DNA of 64,000 bases from an uncultured virus (IMG/VR IMGVR_UViG_3300021375_000010). Taxonomy: Duplodnaviria > Heunggongvirae > Uroviricota > Caudoviricetes. Made by a program: the position numbers and the translations under genes. Numbering within the stretch: the stretch's first letter is position 1; every line of letters starts with the position of its first letter. The stretch lies in the IMG/VR virus record IMGVR_UViG_3300021375_000010; one strand, written 5' to 3'. The notes beneath the pieces were generated by a model. That model was not told where the DNA came from and searched no databases. It worked only from the letters and a program-made list of their open reading frames with translations. Positions 9,632-19,360 of the stretch are shown here, in pieces.

Positions 9632-9819
9632 CAATATCAATTATGGACATCGTATACATAGTCGCAATTAGCGGAATTGTTGGTGCTCTATATATGATTG
9701 AGGCTCAAATCAAATCAATTAAAATCATGATGGAAGAACACATAAAGTTCGATGAAAAAAAATCCATGCAATGTGACCTCGCAAAAAAGAATACCAAAAA
9801 CGCCCAAAAAACCACTTGA
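9628..9819 (+). CDS. Small membrane-anchored hypothetical protein
   Basis: N-terminal hydrophobic helix, ATGA coupling. Confidence 0.55.
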   Translation: MTISIMDIVYIVAISGIVGALYMIEAQIKSIKIMMEEHIKFDEKKSMQCDLAKKNTKNAQKTT

Positions 9820-9844
9820 CCTAAACTCACTTCTATTCTATAAT
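9816..9844 (+). promoter_or_regulatory. Sigma70-type promoter for uvsX-41
   Basis: TTGACC-17-TATAAT; GAGG RBS downstream. Confidence 0.7.
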
Positions 9845-9873
9845 GGTTATACATTATGAGAGGTGTATAAATT

Positions 9874-10929
9874 ATGAGTTTTTTAAAAGATTTAGTAAAA
9901 GCATCGGGTAACGAATATGCAAATATCGTTGCAGACGGTGTTGCAGCTGGAGATGTAGATTCCTTTGTTGACACAGGAAGTTATATCTTCAATGCACTAT
10001 TAAGTGGTTCACTATACGGTGGACTTCCTTCAAACAAGATTACGGCAATCGCTGGTGAATCCGCAACTGGTAAAACATTCTTTGCATTAGGAATGGTTAA
10101 ACAGTTTTTGGAAGACAACAAAGATGCCGCTGTAATCTACTTCGAATCTGAATCCGCAATATCAAGAGATATGATTGAGGACAGAGGTATCGACTCTAAC
10201 AGAGTTGTTATCGTACCTGTTGTCACAGTGCAAGAATTCAGAAACCAAGCAATCAGTATACTTGATAAGTATGCAGAGACCCCCGCCGACAAACGTCCGC
10301 CAATGATGTTTTGTTTAGATTCACTTGGTATGTTATCAACAACCAAAGAAATTGAAGACACTGCAGATGGTAAAGAGACTAAAGACATGACTCGTGCCCA
10401 AATTACTAAGGGTGCATTTAGAGTCTTGACACTTAAACTTGGACGTGTAGGAGTTCCTATGATTGTTACTAATCACACATATGATGTGATTGGTTCTATG
10501 TTCCCACAGAAAGAAATGGGTGGTGGTAGTGGTCTTAAATATGCCGCTTCATCAATCATCTATCTTTCAAAACGTAAAGAAAAAGAAGGTACCGAAATCA
10601 TTGGTAATATCATTCACTGTAAGAACGCTAAGTCAAGATTGACTGTAGAGAACAAAGTGGTGGATGTGAGATTATCATACGACAAGGGACTGGACAGGTA
10701 CTATGGTCTTTTAGACATGGCACTTGCAAGTGGTGTTTTTGAGAAATCATCTACTAGAGTTAAGTTACCAAATGGTAAGACTGAGTTCGGTAAGACAATA
10801 AACAATAACCCCGAAAAATACTTCACACCCGATGTGATGGAACGATTAGAACAGGTAGCAAATGGACTCTTTAAATATGGACAAAACGAGATTAGAAACA
10901 ACGATTCTGAAGAATCTGATACTCAGTGA
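9874..10929 (+). CDS. uvsX: RecA-like recombinase UvsX
   Basis: AGESATGKT Walker [19 protein letters not shown]. Confidence 0.96.
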   Translation: MSFLKDLVKASGNEYANIVADGVAAGDVDSFVDTGSYIFNALLSGSLYGGLPSNKITAIAGESATGKTFFALGMVKQFLEDNKDAAVIYFESESAISRDMIEDRGIDSNRVVIVPVVTVQEFRNQAISILDKYAETPADKRPPMMFCLDSLGMLSTTKEIEDTADGKETKDMTRAQITKGAFRVLTLKLGRVGVPMIVTNHTYDVIGSMFPQKEMGGGSGLKYAASSIIYLSKRKEKEGTEIIGNIIHCKNAKSRLTVENKVVDVRLSYDKGLDRYYGLLDMALASGVFEKSSTRVKLPNGKTEFGKTINNNPEKYFTPDVMERLEQVANGLFKYGQNEIRNNDSEESDTQ

Positions 10930-12265
10930 TGAATATTCACGGAAGGTGCTTCCTTTTGTAAAGGAAGAGTACTTCTCGGAACCCGATGAACAAGTTGTAT
11001 ATAAAGAAGTAGTTTCCTACTTTGAAAAATACAACAAATCCCCAACGGTTGAAGCACTTCTCATCAATCTAGACAACAACACATCTCTATCAGATGGTGT
11101 GTTGAAACAGTCTAAATCAATCGTAAAAGATTTTACATCTTCAGACACATCCGCCAGTGAGTGGTTAGTAGACGAAACAGAGAAATGGTGCAAGGATAGA
11201 GCAATCTATATTGCAGTCATGAACTCTATTGATGTATTGGATGAAAAGAATCAACGGTCACGAGGAGAAATACCCGAGTTACTTAAGGATGCACTTTCCG
11301 TGTCTTTTGACACAAATATTGGTCACGACCAAATTGAAGATTCAGATAGAAGATTTGAGTTTTATCATACGGAAGAAGAGAAGATTCCGTTTGACTTAGA
11401 ATACTTCAACAAGATTACCAAAGGTGGTCTTCCTAACAAGACACTTAACATTTGTCTTGCTGGTACTGGTGTCGGTAAGTCATTGTTCATGTGTCATATG
11501 GCCGCTGCTGGTCTTATGATGAACAAGAATGTATTATACATTACACTTGAGATGTCAGAAGAAAGGATTGCAGAAAGAATCGATGCAAATGTCATGAACA
11601 TACCCATGAAAGATTTGCCCGATTTATCTAAGAAAATGTTTGATAAGAAGGTAGACAAAGTAAGAAGTAAAACACAAGGGAAATTAATCATCAAAGAATA
11701 TCCTACTGCATCAGCACATGTAGGACACTTCAGACACCTATTACAGGAACTAGAACTGAAGAAAGATTTCAAACCCGATATGATTTTTATCGATTACCTT
11801 AACATCTGTGCCAGTGCAAGGGTAAAACCTGGCGCTGGTGCAAACTCTTATACACTAGTAAAGAGTATTGCAGAAGAACTAAGAGGACTTGCAGTGGAGT
11901 TTGATGTGCCAATCATGAGTGCAACACAGACAACACGTAGTGGTTATGGAAACAGTGACATTGAGTTGACTGATACATCCGAATCCTTTGGTCTACCTGC
12001 TACTGCAGACTTTATGTTTGCACTGATTACATCCGATGAACTAGAAGAACTAGACCAGTTGGTTGTAAAACAATTGAAGAATAGATACAATGACCCAACC
12101 GTATTTAAAAGGTTTGTGATTGGTATCGATAGAAGTCGTATGAAACTCTATGATTGTGAACAGGAAGCACAAACAGACTTACATGATGGAGAACAATTGA
12201 TAGACGATAGTATTCCTGTTGCAGACAGAGGAAGGAGTGAAAAATTTAACGACTTTAAGTTTTAG
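10877..12265 (+). CDS. 41: Replicative DNA helicase (gp41)
   Basis: [42 protein letters not shown]. Confidence 0.97.
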   Translation: MDKTRLETTILKNLILSDEYSRKVLPFVKEEYFSEPDEQVVYKEVVSYFEKYNKSPTVEALLINLDNNTSLSDGVLKQSKSIVKDFTSSDTSASEWLVDETEKWCKDRAIYIAVMNSIDVLDEKNQRSRGEIPELLKDALSVSFDTNIGHDQIEDSDRRFEFYHTEEEKIPFDLEYFNKITKGGLPNKTLNICLAGTGVGKSLFMCHMAAAGLMMNKNVLYITLEMSEERIAERIDANVMNIPMKDLPDLSKKMFDKKVDKVRSKTQGKLIIKEYPTASAHVGHFRHLLQELELKKDFKPDMIFIDYLNICASARVKPGAGANSYTLVKSIAEELRGLAVEFDVPIMSATQTTRSGYGNSDIELTDTSESFGLPATADFMFALITSDELEELDQLVVKQLKNRYNDPTVFKRFVIGIDRSRMKLYDCEQEAQTDLHDGEQLIDDSIPVADRGRSEKFNDFKF

Positions 12266-12286
12266 ATGCATAAATAGATATATATT

Positions 12287-12460
12287 ATGAATAAGTCCTT
12301 AGACCCTAATGAAGTAATCACAACGTTACAAAAGCGTATTGAGATTAAAAAACAACTCAGAAAATCGGGTGAGTTACCCCCATCTGAAGTAAAGAAGTTA
12401 ACTAAAAAGAAAAATGATTTAGATGAAAAACTAAAATCAAAACCCCTTGCTAAGATTTAA
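12287..12460 (+). CDS. Small basic hypothetical protein (57 aa)
   Basis: Hand-translated MNKSLDPNEV...KPLAKI, preceded by CATAAATA late-type box. Confidence 0.55.
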   Translation: MNKSLDPNEVITTLQKRIEIKKQLRKSGELPPSEVKKLTKKKNDLDEKLKSKPLAKI

Positions 12461-12465
12461 AATGC

Positions 12466-12473
12466 TATAAATA
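12466..12473 (+). promoter_or_regulatory. T4-type late promoter
   Basis: TATAAATA intergenic, AGGAG RBS downstream. Confidence 0.75.
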
Positions 12474-12495
12474 ACATTATAGTTTAGGAGAAACC

Positions 12496-12921
12496 ATGCC
12501 GTATACAACAGAACAAATCGCTGACCAAGAAAAAGTCGTACTAGATTTAGACGAAAAAATTAAATGGATTAATGACACAAGTCATCATTTTACTGGTGGA
12601 CGTGTATGTCCTCAAACCGATAGTGCAATGACAAGAACTCAATTTTGGGCTGCTTGGAGAACTGCGAATCCAAATGCTGTTACAGCAAATCCAGTTTATG
12701 GAACTGTACCTGAAGGTAGTCCAAATGAAGGTACATGGACAATCCTAAGTACCGATACCAGTGCTGCCAACTCAACAATCATGTGGGACTATTGGCAACA
12801 TGATATGGTTTATGATATTGGTTACGAACAAGCAGATTGGTCATCAACAGTCACAAGTTTACAGACTGATTTGACCGATGCACAGACTTTGCTAACCACA
12901 ATGCAAAACGACCCAGCATAA
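12496..12921 (+). CDS. Hypothetical late protein
   Basis: Late promoter, strong RBS; Thr/Trp-rich. Confidence 0.7.
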   Translation: MPYTTEQIADQEKVVLDLDEKIKWINDTSHHFTGGRVCPQTDSAMTRTQFWAAWRTANPNAVTANPVYGTVPEGSPNEGTWTILSTDTSAANSTIMWDYWQHDMVYDIGYEQADWSSTVTSLQTDLTDAQTLLTTMQNDPA

Positions 12922-12973
12922 AAAACACCTAAATAGTAGACGAACACACATTAAAGGTGTATAATCTACTATT

Positions 12974-14173
12974 ATGGCAGCGAAAAACTTACATTTAGAA
13001 CACTTAGAAGACGAAATCATCAATCAAGGTATTGATGGTGGTCGTGGTGCGATTAATTTTCTTCAAGGTCTTAGAGACATGATGAAAGGTAACCAAAATT
13101 CTAGAGTGAATATGACTGTGAAATGGGATGGTGCTCCAGCAATCTTTGTTGGGAAACATCCCGAAGACGGCAGATTCTTTGTCGCAAAGAAATCACTATT
13201 CAATAAAGAACCTCTCTTTTATACTTCAGAACAAGAAATTAAAGACGCTAAAGAACTATCTCCTAATCTGAAGGAAAAGTTCTTGACATCATTTCAATGC
13301 TTATCTAAACTATCCTTTACTGATATCTTACAGGGTGACTTGATGTACACTAATGATAAGAAGATGACTAAAATGGATGGTAAATCATTTATCACATTCC
13401 AACCAAACACAATCATGTATGCAGTAGATGTAGAATCAAAACTTGGTAAAGAAATTGCCAGTTCTAAGATGGGTATAGTGTTTCACACTACTTACACTGG
13501 TTCTACTATTGACGGATTATCTGCCTCCTTTGGTGCAAAACTACCAAGTGGAAGTAGTAGTGATGTGTGGATGGATGATGCAACATATAAGGATGTGAGT
13601 GGTAACAGTAGTATGACTGCAAAAGAAACACTTGCATTAACTAGAGAGTTGACTGCAGTGGGTAAAGCATTCCACGGTATCACTAAGAAAGATTTGCAGA
13701 AGTTTAAGCAGATACAAGACACTATCGCAAAGAAAGGCGTAGGTGCATCCTACAAAACATATTGTAACGCACAAATCAGGGCGGGTTCATACAAACCAAC
13801 ATACAACGGATACATGAAACACTTCGAAAACTACTGGAGAGATATGGTAGTTGGTAAAGTGAAGATGGAGAAGACAAAACAAATCAAGCGAGAGATTGGT
13901 GAACAACTCTACGCTGAGTTACGGTCACTAAATAAATTCATAACAAACTTGACGAAGTTTATGGAACACTTGGTCATTGCAAAACAGATTATAATTGTTG
14001 CACTAAATAGAGTAAAGAGTATAGGAACATTCAAAAGAACCGATAGAGGGTTCGAGGCGGTCAACCCCGAGGGTTATGTTGCAATTGATAGGACTGGAAG
14101 TGCAGTAAAACTCGTTGACAGAATGGAGTTTGCATACAATAACTTCACTGCAATGAAGGCATGGGACAAGTAA
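12974..14173 (+). CDS. ATP-dependent ligase-like nucleotidyltransferase (DUF6267-type, RNA ligase-like)
   Basis: Motif I TVKWDG, motif III QGDL, motif IV EGYV, motif V KLVDR; N-terminal KNLHLEHLED. Confidence 0.6.
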   Translation: MAAKNLHLEHLEDEIINQGIDGGRGAINFLQGLRDMMKGNQNSRVNMTVKWDGAPAIFVGKHPEDGRFFVAKKSLFNKEPLFYTSEQEIKDAKELSPNLKEKFLTSFQCLSKLSFTDILQGDLMYTNDKKMTKMDGKSFITFQPNTIMYAVDVESKLGKEIASSKMGIVFHTTYTGSTIDGLSASFGAKLPSGSSSDVWMDDATYKDVSGNSSMTAKETLALTRELTAVGKAFHGITKKDLQKFKQIQDTIAKKGVGASYKTYCNAQIRAGSYKPTYNGYMKHFENYWRDMVVGKVKMEKTKQIKREIGEQLYAELRSLNKFITNLTKFMEHLVIAKQIIIVALNRVKSIGTFKRTDRGFEAVNPEGYVAIDRTGSAVKLVDRMEFAYNNFTAMKAWDK

Positions 14174-14364
14174 TGAAATCATTTAAAGAGTTTGCATTAC
14201 CAAAGTATCCTGCTCAAACAGATATCAAGTTTAAAGATGATGACTGGGTAGTGGGTGACCCCGACCCCGAAAAAGCATTCGAATACGACACTTCAAAAGA
14301 TGGTTATGAAAACATGGATAAAATGGATGACATGGTAGACCAAGACCGAGAGAAAATGAAATGA
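14173..14364 (+). CDS. Small protein with capsid-targeting-like N-terminus
   Basis: Begins MKSFKEF; TAATG coupling. Confidence 0.6.
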   Translation: MKSFKEFALPKYPAQTDIKFKDDDWVVGDPDPEKAFEYDTSKDGYENMDKMDDMVDQDREKMK

Positions 14365-15782
14365 AAAAGACATTCGGAAAATTTCTAACCGAGGCAAAAG
14401 ACAAAGGTGCTGTATTCACTTTCGGTAGATTCAATCCACCAACAACTGGTCACGAGAAACTAGTAAAAAAACTCGCAAGTCAAAAATCATTTGGCGATGT
14501 ACTTTTATTCTCATCACACTCAAATGACAAAGTAAAGAACCCGCTGTCACACAAAGATAAAGTTAAGTATCTAAAAGCATTCTTCGGTAAAGATGTGAAT
14601 GTAATTGACGCTGATGTCAAACAGATTTTTCAAATCCTAACATACCTATATGATAAGAACTACCGAAAAATTCGGATGATAGTAGGGTCAGATAGAGTTA
14701 GAGAGTTTGAGAATATTATCAATAAGTATAATAGTGTAAAGGGGAGACACGGTTTCTACAAGTTTGATGAAATACAGATTGTATCTGCTGGAGAAAGAGA
14801 CCCCGATTCAGATGACGTAAGTGGAATGAGTGCAAGTAAAATGAGAGCATTTGCAGAGAAGGGAGACTTTGAATCATTTAAGGAAGGTGTCCCCACAAAA
14901 GGCAAAAGACTTGCAGACAAATTGTACAAAGACATTCGTAAAGGAATGGGTATTGCAGAAGGTACACTACCTGCATACATGTATGAAGATTTGATTACAG
15001 AAGGTGTGTATGACCCAGGCACGTTCAAAGCAGTTTTCTTTTCAGGTGGGCCAGGAAGTGGTAAGTCAACAGTAGTCGATGCACTTTCACTAAAAGCACT
15101 TGGTCTTAAACTAGTCAACACAGATAAAGCATTTGAAGTTGGTCTAAAGAAAGCAGGAATGACACTTGACCTTAGAGGTGCAGACTTTGATAAAGTAGAC
15201 CCCATTCGTGCAAAGGCGAAAAGGATTACTGGAATGAATATGGATGCATATATAGATGGTAGACTAGGGTTGATATTTGACACTACTAGTGCAAACTTAT
15301 CCAAGGTTAGTTCATACAAGAAGATGCTAGACTCGATTGGATATGAATCAAAAATGATATTTGTAAATGCATCATTAGATAATGCTCAAAAACGAAATGA
15401 AATGAGACCTAGAAAGTTGCCGCAAAAAATTGTAAAACAAGACTGGGATAAGGCGCAGAAAAATGCAAGAAACCTTCAAAAGATATTCGGTAAAGATTAC
15501 GTAGAAATTTCCAACGATGATGATTTAAACACACTACAGAGAAAGTCTACTAGTCTCTTTAGTAAACTAATGAGTTGGACTACTTCATTCCCCAAAAACA
15601 AATTTGCACTTAATTGGAAATCTTCCGAATTGCTGAAGAAGGATACTACTGGTTATTCATCTATAAGAAGTAAAGATGCAGTGAAAAAACCACCAACAGA
15701 AAAACCAAGTCCATTTGGGTCACACTTTAAAACATTCAAAAGTAGAAAGACTGGTAAGAAGACAGTCATTAGAAAGATATAA
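14361..15782 (+). CDS. HIGH-type nucleotidyltransferase fused to P-loop kinase
   Basis: FGRFNPPTTGH, VGSDR, MSASKMR (NTase); GGPGSGKS, IFDTT, RNEMRPR (kinase). Confidence 0.8.
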   Translation: MKKTFGKFLTEAKDKGAVFTFGRFNPPTTGHEKLVKKLASQKSFGDVLLFSSHSNDKVKNPLSHKDKVKYLKAFFGKDVNVIDADVKQIFQILTYLYDKNYRKIRMIVGSDRVREFENIINKYNSVKGRHGFYKFDEIQIVSAGERDPDSDDVSGMSASKMRAFAEKGDFESFKEGVPTKGKRLADKLYKDIRKGMGIAEGTLPAYMYEDLITEGVYDPGTFKAVFFSGGPGSGKSTVVDALSLKALGLKLVNTDKAFEVGLKKAGMTLDLRGADFDKVDPIRAKAKRITGMNMDAYIDGRLGLIFDTTSANLSKVSSYKKMLDSIGYESKMIFVNASLDNAQKRNEMRPRKLPQKIVKQDWDKAQKNARNLQKIFGKDYVEISNDDDLNTLQRKSTSLFSKLMSWTTSFPKNKFALNWKSSELLKKDTTGYSSIRSKDAVKKPPTEKPSPFGSHFKTFKSRKTGKKTVIRKI

Positions 15783-15785
15783 ATA
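15778..15785 (+). promoter_or_regulatory. T4-type late promoter
   Basis: TATAAATA, 5 nt before ATG 15791. Confidence 0.75.
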
Positions 15786-15790
15786 GTATT

Positions 15791-16912
15791 ATGACTAAAA
15801 GATTAGAAACATTACTTCAACAATTTACATCCTTAAAAGAGGATGCAGTCGCATCAGCGGAACTAAAAGCAAAACAAGCAGAAGAATTGGAACGTCTTAA
15901 AACAAAACATGAGACCGAATTAGAAGCACTTACTGATAGACACGAAAGAGAGAGTGAGAGACAGAAAGGTCAAGATGAGAAAGAAGTAAAGGATGACCAA
16001 ATCAAGGCAAAACGAGACGCTGATAGAAAGGCAAACGAAGAACGGGATTACAAAAAAGAGTATGCGAATTATCACTCAAAACCCGACCAAATTAAAAGAC
16101 GTGCAAAAAGAAACGAAGCACGAAGAAGTCTAAAGGACAGAAAAGATATAAAAGGAAAGGACGTTCACCATAAGGACAACAATCCTATGAACAACGATAA
16201 GTCTAACCTTAGTATTGTTTCTCAAAACTATAACAGAAAAGAACCAAGACTTAGAGAAGAAGACTCTGTAGAAGAAGGTAAATATGTCTCAGATATTGGT
16301 GATATTATTAACGTCATTTTCAAAAAACTTAAAGATAAACTAGAGACAGAATACAAAAGGAACCCTGAAAAAGGTCTTGGTATGATTAATACCGTAGGGG
16401 CATTTGTAAATCATAAAGTGACTGATAAGAAACAACAGAAAAATAGATTGTTTCTTAAGTTTGGTGATGTACAGGAAGTTAAACAGGACAAAGATATCAA
16501 AGACCGTGAAGGTACACAACCATCTAAGTATTATGCAAAGGATGCTGATGGTGATGAGATGTCCAAATCTACCAAACAAAAACGTGCCGCTCATTTTGCA
16601 CAGAAGAAAGATGGCCCAGCGCCAGGCGATGCAAGTGCAGAAACAAAACCATCAAAACACACCAAGAAATTTCAAAAGATGTTCGGTGAAGATGCTGGTA
16701 AATCACTTGCAAAGAAAGCAGACAAGTCAGGAATTGCTAAAGGTATTCTACAACAAGTTTATAACAGAGGAGTCGCCGCTTGGAAAACTGGTCACAGACC
16801 AGGCACAACGCCAGAGCAGTGGGGACATGCTCGTGTTAATTCTTTTATCACAAAAGGTAAGGGAACTTGGGGTGGTGCTGATAAAGACCTTGCTAAGAAA
16901 GCAGGTGGTTAA
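15791..16912 (+). CDS. Modular late/head protein with HNH-like module and C-terminal DUF5824-like domain
   Basis: KDVHHKDNNPMNN...NL...N HNH pattern; VYNRGVAAWKTGHRPG...QWGHARVNSF. Confidence 0.6.
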   Translation: MTKRLETLLQQFTSLKEDAVASAELKAKQAEELERLKTKHETELEALTDRHERESERQKGQDEKEVKDDQIKAKRDADRKANEERDYKKEYANYHSKPDQIKRRAKRNEARRSLKDRKDIKGKDVHHKDNNPMNNDKSNLSIVSQNYNRKEPRLREEDSVEEGKYVSDIGDIINVIFKKLKDKLETEYKRNPEKGLGMINTVGAFVNHKVTDKKQQKNRLFLKFGDVQEVKQDKDIKDREGTQPSKYYAKDADGDEMSKSTKQKRAAHFAQKKDGPAPGDASAETKPSKHTKKFQKMFGEDAGKSLAKKADKSGIAKGILQQVYNRGVAAWKTGHRPGTTPEQWGHARVNSFITKGKGTWGGADKDLAKKAGG

Positions 16913-16976
16913 GTGACATTTTGGTTTGTAGTATTGATAACTATATGTATTTTATACATGGAAATGGAGAGTAGAC

Positions 16977-17312
16977 ATGACAGGAAATAAACATGATAAC
17001 GGTGTTCACGAAATAGGAACAGACGAAATCCGTAAAGCATACCAAGAAGACACGCCTGGGCAAAGTGTAGAAGAATACTTGTCACAGATTGCACTCGTCA
17101 ATGAAGAACAAAAGAAGAAGACAAAGAAACACTTCAGTCAAGTGTTCCAAAACCCGTTAAAAGGATTCCCGTACAACGAAGAAAAACTAGAAGAAAGACA
17201 TTCAGATGAAATGAGAAAAAGAACTCAGTCTCAACAAAAGGCACATCAAAAAGCAATGATGAAGTCTGCAAAGAAGTCAATTAAAGACTATGATAGAAAA
17301 AATAAGAAATAA
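16977..17312 (+). CDS. Hypothetical late protein
   Basis: EIGTDE...Y...TPGQ motif, GGAG RBS. Confidence 0.65.
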   Translation: MTGNKHDNGVHEIGTDEIRKAYQEDTPGQSVEEYLSQIALVNEEQKKKTKKHFSQVFQNPLKGFPYNEEKLEERHSDEMRKRTQSQQKAHQKAMMKSAKKSIKDYDRKNKK

Positions 17313-17848
17313 TGAAGACTTTCAAAGACCAAGCTCTTATCGAGACACTCGATACACTACAAGAGACTAATACTAACATCCTTGACAATCCATTCAGGTT
17401 GGGTTCCTTAATGTTCTTTGAGACCATCAAAGAAGCACGAAAGTTAGTCAGTGAAGGACGATATAGACTCACAGAAGTCGATAGACATATACTAGAGACA
17501 GATATTGGAGATTTTGAAGTATATGAGGGTAATCTAGTACCACTCGATTGTCCGATGATAATAGAAGAGGAAGAAAAGAAACAACCCGAATTAAATAAAC
17601 CAAAAGCAGGTGGCCCTAAAAAATACTATGTCTATGTTAAAGACGGAGACAAAATTAAGAAAGTGACATGGGGTGACACTACAGGGTTAAAGGTGAAACT
17701 TGGTAACGAAAAAGCACGTAAATCATTCGCTGCTAGACACAAGTGTTCACAACAAAAAGATAAAACCTCTGCTGCCTATTGGGCATGTAGATTACCATAT
17801 TATGCAAAACAGTTAGGACTATCCGATGGAGGTAGTTTTTACTGGTAG
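17312..17848 (+). CDS. Conserved T4-like late protein (DUF6321-like)
   Basis: KKYYVYVK, ARKSFAARHKC, AAYWACR; MKTFKD N-terminus. Confidence 0.7.
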   Translation: MKTFKDQALIETLDTLQETNTNILDNPFRLGSLMFFETIKEARKLVSEGRYRLTEVDRHILETDIGDFEVYEGNLVPLDCPMIIEEEEKKQPELNKPKAGGPKKYYVYVKDGDKIKKVTWGDTTGLKVKLGNEKARKSFAARHKCSQQKDKTSAAYWACRLPYYAKQLGLSDGGSFYW

Positions 17849-17857
17849 GAATACATT

Positions 17858-18148
17858 ATGACCAGTGACCACCCATATACAGAAACACTTTACGAACAAC
17901 ATGGTACTGGGTTACCATATATAATAAGGACATTCTCAGAAACAGTCGATGAAAATGACCTCATTTGGCATAGAGATAGAACAAATAGAACACTTCGAAT
18001 CCTTTCAGGTACGGATTGGAAGTTGCAATTAGATGATAAATTACCTGAAACACTTGCTACTGGAGGCGAATACTTTATTCTCAAAGAGACATATCACCGA
18101 TTAATTAAGGGTCATGGCGACTTGGTGGTAAGGATAGAGAATATATAA
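17858..18148 (+). CDS. Cupin-like hypothetical protein
   Basis: WHRD...WKLQLD...YHRLIKG. Confidence 0.6.
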   Translation: MTSDHPYTETLYEQHGTGLPYIIRTFSETVDENDLIWHRDRTNRTLRILSGTDWKLQLDDKLPETLATGGEYFILKETYHRLIKGHGDLVVRIENI

Positions 18149-18151
18149 ATA
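18144..18151 (+). promoter_or_regulatory. T4-type late promoter
   Basis: TATAAATA upstream of ATG 18160. Confidence 0.7.
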
Positions 18152-18159
18152 ATAGTACT

Positions 18160-18756
18160 ATGAGTTATAACAAAGACAACTGGAAAGATAAACTAGACGA
18201 AGTCCGTAACTTTGGTCGAGAACCTGCTGTAGTAGTGGAAGAAGTTCTTGATAATGATACAGTAATCAATAACGAGATTGAGGAAGAACTTAAAAAGTTT
18301 TTCCAAGAGGAAGATACCACCACAGAAGTAATAGAAGAAGATGTTCTATTAGAAGCATCTGCTGGTGAGATGATTGATAAGTTATTCAATCTAAAAGGTG
18401 ATAAAGATTCACAATACGGTGTTGCAAAAATGTTAAACATGACTGGTGTTAAAGTAGTTCAAGCAATGCAGAAACAAAATCCTGATGGGTTTATGAAAAC
18501 TGTAAAGGCACTAGGTAAAGACTCAAAAATTAAACTTGCAACAAACAATGCATTAATGAAAATGTTCAAAGATGCTGGGGTTAAACCTCTTAAAGATGAA
18601 GTTGAAGTTAAAGAAGAAAAACTTTCAGTAGAAAAAACTGTAGAAAAACTTGTAGAAAGAAACATGTTAGGTAGATTGGCAAAATCTTTACGTTTGGATG
18701 AAGAAGGTAAAGAGAAAATGTTCGACTACTTCGAAAATGGAGAATTAAAACAATAA
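18160..18756 (+). CDS. Hypothetical late/head-associated protein
   Basis: Late promoter; Glu-rich spacers. Confidence 0.65.
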   Translation: MSYNKDNWKDKLDEVRNFGREPAVVVEEVLDNDTVINNEIEEELKKFFQEEDTTTEVIEEDVLLEASAGEMIDKLFNLKGDKDSQYGVAKMLNMTGVKVVQAMQKQNPDGFMKTVKALGKDSKIKLATNNALMKMFKDAGVKPLKDEVEVKEEKLSVEKTVEKLVERNMLGRLAKSLRLDEEGKEKMFDYFENGELKQ

Positions 18757-19358
18757 TGAAATTCACATCTATGGGTTTATCAGAAGACCTAATCAACACA
18801 ATGGAAGCAGTACTTGCCATGGAAGGCGATTACGAAGAGTTCTTTCAAAAAGCACTTAAAAAGTTTGGTGTAGACTCACCAGCAGATTTTAAATCAGACG
18901 AAGAAAAGAAGAAGTTCTTTGACTATGTAGATAAAAACTACAAAGGGAAGGACGAAGAAGTCGAAGAAGGAAAAGTAAAACCTGTAAAAAAGTTCTTAAA
19001 ATTGGGTGACTGCTCTTACGACAAGAAAAAAAAAGTTAAAGAAGACAACAGTCAGGGAATGGAAGACTTTGTAGAATACAAGTACAAGTCTGCATCACTC
19101 AATAAAATCAAACAAGACCTCAAGAAATTGATGAAAAGAGAATCAGAGTTTAAAGATTCTCAAAAGTATGGTAAGATGTTGATGAAAGTTATGGATAACG
19201 TTACTCTTGTTAACGATGACGGCATCCCACATATGACACCAAAGTTCAGTAAAGAAATCATTGCTGCTTATAACGGTGACACAATGTTTAGAGAAGACGT
19301 TGCATCAATCATCATTAAACATGATGACAATCTCGCATACGCAATATTCGGAGTATAA
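18756..19358 (+). CDS. Hypothetical late/head-associated protein
   Basis: ALKKFGVDSPADF..EEKKKFFDYVD motif seen in T4-like phages. Confidence 0.65.
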   Translation: MKFTSMGLSEDLINTMEAVLAMEGDYEEFFQKALKKFGVDSPADFKSDEEKKKFFDYVDKNYKGKDEEVEEGKVKPVKKFLKLGDCSYDKKKKVKEDNSQGMEDFVEYKYKSASLNKIKQDLKKLMKRESEFKDSQKYGKMLMKVMDNVTLVNDDGIPHMTPKFSKEIIAAYNGDTMFREDVASIIIKHDDNLAYAIFGV

Positions 19359-19360
19359 AT

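Noticed and set aside
16461..16916. 151-aa alternative-frame ORF
   Set aside because: Fully overlaps 15791-16912, which carries the recognisable motifs
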